Source of the DNA: a virus
Taxonomy: Duplodnaviria; Caudoviricetes
IMG/VR virus record: IMGVR_UViG_2871875081_000002
Location: 1 to 64,000 of that record
Length of the DNA: 64,000 nucleotides
Strand: one strand, 5' to 3'
The notes beneath the pieces are model-generated. The model saw only the letters and a list, made by a program, of their open reading frames with translations. It was not told the origin of the DNA and did no database searches. Shown one piece after another: positions 8,187 through 17,291 of the stretch (its first letter is position 1; each line of letters starts with the position of its first letter). Both the position numbers and the translations under genes were made by a program.

Positions 8187-8624
8187 ATGATGTATAACAC
8201 CAAGAATCCTCTTGAAGTGCAGAATCTCAGACTAAAGATAGAGAAGCTGATTGAAAAGCAAAGTATGGTAGAGGTCGTGGAAAAGAAGGCTAAATCACTT
8301 CAACAACTGAAGTACCTTCACACGATTCTCGCTTACTTCGGCTTGCAGACCGGCAACACTCTAGATGAAGTCAAGACATGTTACTTCAAGAGGATTGTCA
8401 ACAGAGACTTGTTTGTGCGACAGAAGCACGATGATCTTCTCGGAACAGATAGGGAATACGTAATATCGACCGCAAAGCTTACGAAAGAAGAGCTGTCTGA
8501 GGCTATCGAACGTTTCAGAAACTGGGCTAGTAACGTAGCCGGTATATACATTCCCTCTTCTGAAGAGTATATTGCCCTGCTTCATATTCAACATGACTTG
8601 GAACAGGCAAAGAGTTATTTATAA
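8187..8624 (+). CDS. NinB/Orf-like recombination accessory protein
   Basis: SLQQLKYLH…STAKLTKEELSEAIERFRNWA…GIYIP pattern. Confidence 0.55.
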   Translation: MMYNTKNPLEVQNLRLKIEKLIEKQSMVEVVEKKAKSLQQLKYLHTILAYFGLQTGNTLDEVKTCYFKRIVNRDLFVRQKHDDLLGTDREYVISTAKLTKEELSEAIERFRNWASNVAGIYIPSSEEYIALLHIQHDLEQAKSYL

Positions 8625-8634
8625 ATTTTTAGGT

Positions 8635-9237
8635 ATGGATTTTATTCTGAGCAAAAAACAATATTGTGATTTAATGAAACTTGACGGAAGGAACGCTGTA
8701 AGCTTGTTCCTTTATCTTCTGGATAAAGCAGATGATGAGGGTTCGTTGACTGTTGGCATACGCACGATTTCGAGTGAACTATATATTGGTTTGCAGACGG
8801 TAAGGACATTACTGAAAAAAATGTATCTAACACACATGCTAACACACCAAGTAACACACCAAGGTAGTGTAATAACTATTTGTGATATAGAAAGTTATAG
8901 AGTGAAGAAAAAGCGTGCTAGCACACCTGCTAACACACCTGCTAACACACCAAAAACGATAGAAGAACGCAAGGCTGACTTCGCCGAGAGGCTTAAACCT
9001 TATCTCGAAAAGTATGGTAAAGATACCCTAAACAACTTCTATCAGTATTGGACGCAGGTTAATGATGGTGGGGTAAAGATGTTGTTTGAAAAGCAAAAAG
9101 CGTTTCAGATACCGAACAGACTGGCAACGTGGAGAAGGAATGGTTATGGTTCAAACGAAAAACTTCCTAACGTAATGAATTTACAAAACAGTAAAGAAAT
9201 AGATTATGGAAAAGGTCTTGAAAGATTCGACAGATAG
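8635..9237 (+). CDS. Phage replication initiator (lambda O-like)
   Basis: N-terminal wHTH, internal iterons, C-terminal FYQYW…FQIPNRLATW, coupled to a DnaC-like gene; start refined to ATG 8635. Confidence 0.75.
   Translation: MDFILSKKQYCDLMKLDGRNAVSLFLYLLDKADDEGSLTVGIRTISSELYIGLQTVRTLLKKMYLTHMLTHQVTHQGSVITICDIESYRVKKKRASTPANTPANTPKTIEERKADFAERLKPYLEKYGKDTLNNFYQYWTQVNDGGVKMLFEKQKAFQIPNRLATWRRNGYGSNEKLPNVMNLQNSKEIDYGKGLERFDR
8828..8950. repeat. Iteron array / probable replication origin: six TA(A/G)CACAC units in two triplets with 12-bp period
   Basis: Copies at 8828, 8840, 8852 and 8919, 8931, 8943. Confidence 0.75.
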
Positions 9238-9829
9238 CGAGTACTTTAAAAGCCTCGTAGCTCAGATGCGTGATTGTGGCTACCCACAAGATATTGATAG
9301 GGTTCACATACACATTCCAAACGCAGAGCATCGACTGCGTGGCGGTCTTCAATACTTCGTTAACATGAAGTCTGGGCGCAACGCAGAATGGAACGAAAAT
9401 AATTACCGTCCAATAGTTGACTGGATGGCAGATAATAAAGGAAAAGGCTTGCTTATGCTTGGTGGTTGCGGTCTTGGAAAATCGCTCATAGGGATGTATA
9501 TTCTCCCTCTTCTTATCAAAGATGTACACAGAAAGGTGGTGAATATCTTTAATGCCCAGGAACTCAATAAGAAGATTGATGAAATCCTAAACTTGCATAT
9601 CGTTTACATAGACGATATAGGCACTGAGGATAATCTAAACTCTTACGGCAACAAGAGAATGCCTTTTGCAGAGCTTTGCGATGCTGCCGAAAAGAAAGGA
9701 AAGCTCCTTATTCTTACGACAAACCTAAATCTTGAAGGATTGCAGGAAAGATACGGAGATCGCGTTGTAGATAGATTGATAGCCACAACAAAGGCTGTCC
9801 CTTTTACTGGTGATTCTTTAAGAAAGTAA
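9206..9829 (+). CDS. DnaC/IstB-like AAA+ helicase loader
   Basis: Walker A GGCGLGKS, Walker B IVYIDDIG, LTTNL and YGDRVVDRL. Confidence 0.88.
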   Translation: MEKVLKDSTDSEYFKSLVAQMRDCGYPQDIDRVHIHIPNAEHRLRGGLQYFVNMKSGRNAEWNENNYRPIVDWMADNKGKGLLMLGGCGLGKSLIGMYILPLLIKDVHRKVVNIFNAQELNKKIDEILNLHIVYIDDIGTEDNLNSYGNKRMPFAELCDAAEKKGKLLILTTNLNLEGLQERYGDRVVDRLIATTKAVPFTGDSLRK

Positions 9830-9991
9830 TTATGGCAGACGTAAGTAAAATGGCAGAGGAATGGCTCAGTGAGCATCCTGACGCATCCAAGAAAGAAATA
9901 TGGTTAGCTGGTTATTGGAAATCTACCGATAACTGGTGCAACCGAACCAAGTAAATTTTAGAATTGAAAACGAATTAATATATAGATAAAT

Positions 9992-10735
9992 ATGAGTCAT
10001 TTTTTAACATTGGTAATTGGCGACGAGCCAGAGAAACAACTCGCCAAGTATGCTGAAAATCTAGAGCTGCCTATGCATTTATATATGACTAAAGAGCAGC
10101 TTATTAGTGAGAAACGTAAGGAGATTGAGGAATACAAAAAGAATTACTATGATGTGTTCCTACAAGATAAAGATGCATATCTTGCCAACTGTAGAAAGGA
10201 ACATGCAGATTATATCGAGAACGAATTTCCAAAGCATCTTAACTGGACGGACGAACAGATGTACGAGGATGCCGTGAAGTATTACCGTATGGATATAGAT
10301 GATGGAAGTGAGAATATTGAGATACATGAGGACGGCAGCGTTTGGCGCACCTATAATAATGATGCTAAATGGGATTGGTATCAGATGGGTGGTAGATATG
10401 CTGGAAGACTCAAATTAAAGGATATATCAATGTATGCTCCATTATACTATCCGAAATTTCCAACGTTCTATTCAAGAGAAGACCTTAATTACTTCAAGAA
10501 ACTAAAGGCAGAAGGTCGTTGCGACCAAGCACGCATTAAAGATATATCCAATGTAGAAGAAATATCAGCATTCGCAGTTGTTAAGGACGGAAAATGGTAT
10601 GAGCGTGGAAAAATGGGTTGGTTTGCCGTAGTATCAGACGAAAAAGATAAAGATGTGTGGATTGAAGAAGTGAAACAACTTCTTGCATCACTTCCTCCTG
10701 ACACTCTTCTAACGATGTATGATTGTCACATATAA
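9992..10735 (+). CDS. Hypothetical phage protein
   Basis: 247-aa ORF with YNNDAKWDWYQMGGRY motif. Confidence 0.7.
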   Translation: MSHFLTLVIGDEPEKQLAKYAENLELPMHLYMTKEQLISEKRKEIEEYKKNYYDVFLQDKDAYLANCRKEHADYIENEFPKHLNWTDEQMYEDAVKYYRMDIDDGSENIEIHEDGSVWRTYNNDAKWDWYQMGGRYAGRLKLKDISMYAPLYYPKFPTFYSREDLNYFKKLKAEGRCDQARIKDISNVEEISAFAVVKDGKWYERGKMGWFAVVSDEKDKDVWIEEVKQLLASLPPDTLLTMYDCHI

Positions 10736-10759
10736 TCATTAACAAAAAAATATTTAAAA

Positions 10760-11047
10760 ATGACGCAGACAGAACGTATTGAGAACGCTACCACCAAACA
10801 GGCGGTAGTGTTCATAGTTGTTTATTCTTGGGTTATCCTGAGAAATATAGGAAGAGCAATCAATAAGGCGGTACACAAGCTGCCTTGGTTGTTCATCGTG
10901 ATAACGGTAGTAATATCATTCATCGTTAGCTTCATCTTTATCTCTAAGGCTAGGGCAGAACGAGATAGCTACAACAAGAAGCTAGTACACGCAACACAGC
11001 AGCTTGATAGCTTCTATGCTGCATACGGAAGCATTAAATCAAAGTAA
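10760..11047 (+). CDS. Membrane protein
   Basis: Hydrophobic segments followed by a coiled coil. Confidence 0.55.
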   Translation: MTQTERIENATTKQAVVFIVVYSWVILRNIGRAINKAVHKLPWLFIVITVVISFIVSFIFISKARAERDSYNKKLVHATQQLDSFYAAYGSIKSK

Positions 11048-11049
11048 AT

Positions 11050-11208
11050 ATGAAGAAATACAAACATACAATAGTGATGATCCTGCTCGTTATTGCAGCT
11101 TTCATCGCAGGCTACGGATTCATCTGCTTCATGGTTGGACACATTTTCCTTTCGCTTCTGATGCTGTTCTGTATCAGCTGCGCATTGGCAGTAGAGAAGG
11201 AGGTGTAG
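11050..11208 (+). CDS. Small two-TM membrane protein
   Basis: 52-aa hydrophobic ORF translated by hand. Confidence 0.45.
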   Translation: MKKYKHTIVMILLVIAAFIAGYGFICFMVGHIFLSLLMLFCISCALAVEKEV

Positions 11209-11210
11209 GA

Positions 11211-12095
11211 ATGTCGGCATATAATTTCACACCAAAAGGAGCATTCTTCATCAACTACAAGGAGCCGGACAGGGAAACCGTAGACCATATCACTTCACTC
11301 TATTACCTCATTATCGGTTCTCTCGCTACAATCACACAGACGGCAATCAAAGATTTGCACGACAATCTCAGTGAGAGGAAGGACCTGTTTAAGCATGAGC
11401 TTAAGTATCGCATAAAGGAGGCATTCTCCCGTTCTGAGACTCTTATAGGTATATTCAAGAAGTATACTGCCGAGATTTCGCAGTATGAACTCTGGCTTGA
11501 TATTACAGACAGCATGGAGGAAGACCTGAAGATTGATATACAGAGACTCTTCTACACGACCGATAATATTCTTCTGAAGAACAACATCAAGGAACACAAG
11601 CTTCAGGCGTATGCATGCGTAGCCTACAACCTGTCAATCATGCTGCACGATATGTGTACGAAGTTTGATGACGTTATGAGTGAACGCGGCATCAGTTCCG
11701 GCAGCATAAGACCTTGCGGAGAATTCATCCAGTCTATGTATGGCATGTATGCCTCGATGAGGGAGGTAGCCAGGATCCTTATACCTGATAAGGATGCTGA
11801 ATACTTCAAGGAAGGTGGTCAGATTTACAGGGCTTTGCAGGTGGTTGCAATGAAGGTATGCAATCCGGAAAGGATAGCCAACGCTGCCGACGAAGGACTG
11901 AAGCTTAATGGCGTTGACTATCATGGTGAAGAACACCAGAATAACGCATTCCTACCTTGGAATGGCATCCAGGTTAACTTCCTATCACGCAACTTTGACA
12001 AGATGTCTGATGAAGAACTTGCAAAGGCTCTAGGACGATCTGTTGGTGCAGTAAAGGCAAAAATGAGACAACTTAAATTAAAAAGAACGGAATAG
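11211..12095 (+). CDS. Hypothetical protein with C-terminal HTH/Myb-like motif
   Basis: MSDEELAKALGRSVGAVKAKMRQL; start refined to 11211. Confidence 0.65.
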   Translation: MSAYNFTPKGAFFINYKEPDRETVDHITSLYYLIIGSLATITQTAIKDLHDNLSERKDLFKHELKYRIKEAFSRSETLIGIFKKYTAEISQYELWLDITDSMEEDLKIDIQRLFYTTDNILLKNNIKEHKLQAYACVAYNLSIMLHDMCTKFDDVMSERGISSGSIRPCGEFIQSMYGMYASMREVARILIPDKDAEYFKEGGQIYRALQVVAMKVCNPERIANAADEGLKLNGVDYHGEEHQNNAFLPWNGIQVNFLSRNFDKMSDEELAKALGRSVGAVKAKMRQLKLKRTE

Positions 12096-12096
12096 T

Positions 12097-12456
12097 ATGA
12101 GTGGAGGCGCATTTGATTATGCTCAGTACAGAATTGCTGACATATACACGGAAATAGAGGATGAAATCTACGGTCATAATCTTTATGATGAATTTGACGT
12201 AAATCGGTATATTGAAGATCATTGGTTAGAGGATTCCGAGAAAGAATACGTTCGTAAGCATCATCATACAATACCTAATCGTAGCGAGTATTCTAAGGAA
12301 ACCATCAAGGAGTTCAAGAAAGGTATAGCTCTACTAAAGAAAGCTGAGGTTTACGCACAGCGCATTGACTGGTTACTTAGTGGCGATGATGGCGAATATA
12401 GCTTTCATAAGCGTTTGAAACACGACTTGGAAAAATTAAAACGTAAAAAACAATAG
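12097..12456 (+). CDS. Hypothetical phage protein
   Basis: MSGGAFDY… 119-aa ORF. Confidence 0.7.
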   Translation: MSGGAFDYAQYRIADIYTEIEDEIYGHNLYDEFDVNRYIEDHWLEDSEKEYVRKHHHTIPNRSEYSKETIKEFKKGIALLKKAEVYAQRIDWLLSGDDGEYSFHKRLKHDLEKLKRKKQ

Positions 12457-12459
12457 CTT

Positions 12460-12645
12460 ATGGAAGATTTACCTATAGGTTCGGAAATCGTCTTGAAGGT
12501 GGTTAAGACCGAGAAAGAACAATGTAATGGCTGTTTCTTCGATGAGATAAGTAGCAATATCTATGAGAATGTTTGCGGTGATTTCAACTGTAGCGCAAAC
12601 ACTAGAAAAGACGGAAAGAATGTTCAATTCAAGAGAGTGAAATAA
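12460..12645 (+). CDS. Small Cys-containing hypothetical protein
   Basis: CNGCFF…C…C…RKDGKNVQFK. Confidence 0.6.
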   Translation: MEDLPIGSEIVLKVVKTEKEQCNGCFFDEISSNIYENVCGDFNCSANTRKDGKNVQFKRVK

Positions 12646-12781
12646 TATGGCTACAGCAAATTTTGAATAATAAAACCTCCACGACACAGAATGAGCGAAA
12701 GTAAGTTAAGGCTTTATGCCCATATACCTTCTTAGCCCCAGCACAATACTGGTCGTGGAGGTCATTATAAAATTTAAAATA

Positions 12782-14790
12782 ATGATAGATAAGAAAATAG
12801 AAGAAGCTGCAAGACTTGACGATGAAGAATACTACGATAGTTTATCGGATAATGATAGATGCTTTTTCGAGTATGGTTTTAGACGTGGATATAATCGGGC
12901 TTTGAAGGATTTGCGGCATCCTGCTAGTGAAGTTCCACGAAATAATAATGGTAAGATTCTCGCATTCTCAAAAGTTAATAGTAATATGAACGCTATGTTA
13001 AATGAAACAGCTTGCTACACATATCAAGGAAAGCAGAAAGTTAGAGTTAGAGAATATACTTTTACTGATTTGGCATTCGTGGAAGACTTACTTGATTTAA
13101 TAAAGAAAGGATGCAATCATGATTAAGGAAGTAAAAATGTACTCTGTCGTTTGTGACAGATGCGGAAAGCCCTTTATTGATGAATTTAATGGCATTGTGG
13201 CTTTGGTGGACGAAGGAACTGCCAAAGAGCAAGCAATGGAAAGCGAATGGGCAGAGATAGGTGATAAGCACTACTGCCCAGACTGCTATGAGTTTGACGA
13301 TGAGTTAGATGAGTATGTTCCTAAAAAGAAAGGAGATAAGAATGAGTAGAAATTTAATGAGAATGGCATTGATAATGGCTGCTACGGCAGCTTATGCACA
13401 AGATGATATTTTCGGGTGTTCAAGTCCTAGACTTGACGCACCAAGCGGCAACATTCCTTCCGATAAGCAGAAGTGTCAGCCAAAGGCGCAGCATGAGTTC
13501 ACCATCAAGGGGATAAAAATTATGGCAGCTTCAAAGAAGGATGCTATAAAGAAGTTTAATCATCGTAAAAAGTAAAACGTATGTTATACGAAGCACAACA
13601 AGGAACAAAGGCTTACGAATACGTTAAGAGTATTCTCGATGCTGAATTTGAAGAGCATAAAGCCTACATGAAAAGAGTGGAAGAAGCCGTTGGCTTCGAG
13701 TTTGAAAAATATCAGGGCTATCAGCCTAACAGTACTCTCACAAGAGTGTACGAGATTACTGCTATATGGGTTCTTTCTGAGCGTTACGATACGCTAGATA
13801 AGAAGGTGTGGAAGATAGACGGTGTAAAATTGGAGGACGGTTACTATGTATGCATTGCGCCTAACAAGCGTAGTAAGCAAGGTAAGGCAATAGCAGCAGT
13901 ACTTACATCATATAAATCCTTTACTCATCATTTCAAGATATTGAAGGAACTGAATATCGAAGTTCCGCACGTCAGCCGATTCTCCATCACCCAGCTTTTA
14001 CGTCACAAAGAACGCATTTTCGTTTACTTCGATGATAGTATTAGAGCTGAGAAGCAAAATCCAGACTTCGTGGAAATCACGATAGGTGAGTATGAGGATT
14101 TCATTAATAGCAAAGATTAAAGCGTATGGCACAGAAATATATTGAAGATGACTTTGTGATGACAAGAACAGAGCCAAACAACTTTACACCAAATGGTGTT
14201 GTTTGTAAGTTTGTTGACTATGAAGCAATAGATAAAGTGTTAATAAGATCGATTAATGGCATTGATGGATTTATTGTAGAAAAAGGTCAGTTTGTTCCTA
14301 TTCCTCTTACCCCATCCATTCTAGAGAAGAATGGATGGGAGCATAAGGACGATATATATTTCAAGGAATTTCCACACCGAAAGCTTGTAATCATGGATGA
14401 GAATGCATATATAATCAATGAATGTTGTTCGATGTTTCTTTGTCCAGTCAAGTTTGTTCCACAACTCCAGCACCTTCTCTTCGGTCTTGGTCTTAATCAC
14501 AAAATGGAGGTGTAGGTATGGAGGTAGTAAAAATAACTAAGAAAGTCTACAAAGCGGTAGGGTGTGAAAAAGGATACTTCTTTGGGACGTTTGCTCATTT
14601 TAAGGAGTTGCGTGAGAGTTCTAATTTGTCAGTACAAAAGACTTGCTTTTGCTGTGGGCACAAATTCCAACCAGAAGATTTTATTTCTTTAGCGTGTTTT
14701 GACAAAGGCATGGGAAACAAATTTCTTTGCCAAAAGTGTAAGGATATAGCATTAAAAGATTTAGGTGATAAAAACATCTATTTAGATTAA
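12782..14790 (+). CDS. Run of six small hypothetical accessory genes (12782-13126, 13119-13349, 13342-13575, 13581-14120, 14126-14515, 14518-14790)
   Basis: Abutting or overlapping + strand ORFs; two carry CxxC pairs. Confidence 0.6.
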
Positions 14791-14946
14791 CATAAATAGA
14801 AGTATGAATGCAACAGAAGCAAAGAAGACACTATTTGAGATTAGAAAAAATCTTATTGACGATAAGCAGAAGCATGCTATTTGGTTAGCAATCAAAGCTA
14901 TTGATTATTGTATAAGATTGAGGAAAGGATATTAACAGATAGTAAT

Positions 14947-15132
14947 ATGAAAGCAAGTGAGTTGATAGAGCATTTAAAATCTTACATTGACATCACGGGT
15001 GGAGATTGTGAAATGCTTGTATTTGACAAAGCAGAAGGTGTTTCTTGTGATATTAACGATACTACCAGTGATGGCGATTATGTGTTTCTGCACATTTCAT
15101 CTGATAAATACACAACGAAGACACCAGAGTAA
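14947..15132 (+). CDS. Hypothetical protein
   Basis: MKASELIEHL… start refined to 14947. Confidence 0.55.
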   Translation: MKASELIEHLKSYIDITGGDCEMLVFDKAEGVSCDINDTTSDGDYVFLHISSDKYTTKTPE

Positions 15133-15167
15133 CCAACCATCCCTTATGGGATATAAATATAAGGAAT

Positions 15168-15950
15168 ATGAAGGAATTAAGAAAGAAAACATTTAAAAAT
15201 GGTGTCGTGTATTGCCTTCAATTAGAAGATGGCTTTCTAGTTGAAACTACAGACACGTTCTTACCTTATTACACCAAAGATGCAATAGGCAGACATCAAA
15301 ACAAGCTTGATAACAATGAGCTTGGCGACCGTACAGAACGTTGGATGATTGGAGTATCTACAATGAGTGGGTGTCCAGTAAGATGCAAATTTTGCGCTAC
15401 AGGCAACATGAAACGTTATCGCAATCTTACGGCAGAAGAAATTGTAGAGCAGGTTGAATTTGCCATCAATAAGGCAGGTGCTGACCCAAGCAAAGCAAAA
15501 GAGTTTAAAGTTAACTATACTCGTATGGGCGAGCCATTTCTTAATATTGATGCAGTCAAAGAGGCTATTCGTATTATTACGGAGAAATATCCTAATACTC
15601 ATCATTATGTATCAACGATTGGTATTAAGGGTAGTGATTTCTCTTTCATTAATGGAAATATCACATTGCAGATTAGTTTGCATTCATTTGATGATGACAA
15701 GCGAAATTGGTTGATTCCTTATAAGAACAAAATGACAATTAAGGAGTTGGGACAGATTCGCACAGAAAGCAATCTGAAGACTACAATCAATCTTACACTT
15801 GTTGACACTTCTGATTTTGATGCAGAAAAGCTGAAAAAATGGTTTGATAAGGAGCATTTCTTCGTGAAGTTGTCTCCTATTAATGTGAATAACATATCAG
15901 AGAAAAATCACCTCGGCAATGGTGTTGTAGAAGGAATTAATTTAGTATGA
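15168..15950 (+). CDS. RlmN/Cfr-like radical-SAM enzyme lacking the C-terminal catalytic segment
   Basis: VSTMSGCPVRCKFCATG…RNLTAEEIVEQV…TRMGEP…STIG…LQISLHS…KLSPIN track RlmN motifs; ORF ends before any CGQL motif. Confidence 0.88.
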   Translation: MKELRKKTFKNGVVYCLQLEDGFLVETTDTFLPYYTKDAIGRHQNKLDNNELGDRTERWMIGVSTMSGCPVRCKFCATGNMKRYRNLTAEEIVEQVEFAINKAGADPSKAKEFKVNYTRMGEPFLNIDAVKEAIRIITEKYPNTHHYVSTIGIKGSDFSFINGNITLQISLHSFDDDKRNWLIPYKNKMTIKELGQIRTESNLKTTINLTLVDTSDFDAEKLKKWFDKEHFFVKLSPINVNNISEKNHLGNGVVEGINLV

Positions 15951-16714
15951 AAAAGGGTATTTTCAGATATAGAATTATCACAAATCTGAATTGCAACATG
16001 AACGAAAGTACAGGAGTAAACGGAAATTGTTACTTCTGCTACCAAAAGTTTAAGTCACCATTGCGACTGGATTGTGATAAGATGGAGGAAACTTTGAAGA
16101 AGGTTGGTGTTCTGAAAAGAGCAACTATCATGGGAGGCGAAAGCTTGCTCAATCCAGATTTGGTAAAGATTGTAAAGATAGTCAGCAACTATACGTCAGA
16201 TGGTATTTGTCTTGTTACAAATGGAATACTGCTTAATGAGGACATCATCGTAGCATTGAAAGATGCTGGATTAACTGAGGTTGCTATCAGTGTGTCTTCT
16301 ATCGAGCAGTACGAAAGACGTAGAGACATGGCACTTCAGTGTAAAGAGATTATTCCAAACACAAGAATAAACATTCCTAAGTGTAAGGAAAGCTTGAATC
16401 CACAATTGTTGGAAACAATACTGGAAGATGGCTTCTATAGCATTGTTTGTGAAGATTTACAGGCTAGATATGGTGAGATAAGACTCCCAAAAGGTTCTGT
16501 AAAGGTTGGCGATGACGGGTATGGATTTTACGATTACAAGTGGAATGGTCATACATTTGGAGTATTTGGCAATTATGGGAAGTACAACCGAAGTGATATT
16601 ATCGTAACTCCTCTTGGAAATTTCTGCGATTGGGAAAAGTACTGCAAGGCCGTTAAGAACAATGAACTTGTAAGAAGAAACAATCATATTGATGATGACA
16701 AAATTGTGCATTGA
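15947..16714 (+). CDS. Radical-SAM enzyme with atypical CX11CX2C cluster motif
   Basis: CNMNESTGVNGNCYFC, GGE, VTNG, AISV core motifs. Confidence 0.82.
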   Translation: MKKGIFRYRIITNLNCNMNESTGVNGNCYFCYQKFKSPLRLDCDKMEETLKKVGVLKRATIMGGESLLNPDLVKIVKIVSNYTSDGICLVTNGILLNEDIIVALKDAGLTEVAISVSSIEQYERRRDMALQCKEIIPNTRINIPKCKESLNPQLLETILEDGFYSIVCEDLQARYGEIRLPKGSVKVGDDGYGFYDYKWNGHTFGVFGNYGKYNRSDIIVTPLGNFCDWEKYCKAVKNNELVRRNNHIDDDKIVH

Positions 16715-17135
16715 TTTCGGAAGTGGCTATAATCCAAAAACTGGATATAAAACTTGCGATGTAACAACCCTTCCACAATTGGACTTCCAGTATGATGGAA
16801 AAGATGAGATTGTCGGACTAAGAGAAAAATCAGTAGATGTATTCTATCTAAGAAACGTTGTTCATCATATCCCAGACTTACAGAGAACCTTCACAACCTT
16901 GAAGAAGTATCTGAAGGTAGGTGGAAAGCTGGTTATCATTGACTGCAATTAAGGTCATTACAAGACAAATGTATTTCTTGACAATTTGTGGTATAGATTT
17001 GTTGGCAACAACCACGAAATCTTTATCAGTAAACAGTATAGAGATTACATCAATGTTTTGATCAAGTTAGGCTTTAAGCAATTATATTATAAATCATTTA
17101 AAGAAAAGGAGATTACTAAGTATGAATGCAATTAA
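16689..17135 (+). pseudogene. Class I SAM-dependent methyltransferase interrupted by an in-frame TAA (16950-16952)
   Basis: IDFGSG motif I, RNVVHHIPD…LKVGGKLVIID; the frame stays open for 60 more codons to TAA at 17135. Confidence 0.75.
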
Positions 17136-17241
17136 GAATCAATTGGAAAAGATGGGTTACGATTATGCAGTAGCAATCGCAACAAAGGCTGAAATTGAGA
17201 ATGGAGCTGCTTGTGGTCAGCTCGCTATTATTTGTGAGTAA
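17122..17241 (+). CDS. 39-aa peptide matching the RlmN C-terminal catalytic-Cys segment (…GAACGQL…)
   Basis: MNAIKNQLEKMGYDYAVAIATKAEIENGAACGQLAIICE, translated by hand; absent from the ORF track. Confidence 0.8.
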   Translation: MNAIKNQLEKMGYDYAVAIATKAEIENGAACGQLAIICE

Positions 17242-17291
17242 GTAATTAATCACCCTCTCCTGTAAAAGGGAGAGGGTAAAAAGAAAAGAAT

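Noticed and set aside
8828-8950. CRISPR array
   Set aside because: Repeats are 8-12 bp with no unique spacers, lie inside a coding gene, and no cas genes are present.
15948-17121. Self-splicing intron that would rejoin the RlmN halves
   Set aside because: An in-frame join needs 1174 nt removed, with T at both ends and no terminal G or group I/II core visible. Excision at the AGTATGAA repeat removes 1175 nt and stays out of frame.
15944-17126. AGTATGAA as a target-site duplication of a mobile element
   Set aside because: The same context occurs at other gene starts (e.g. 14801), and no transposase or terminal repeats are present.
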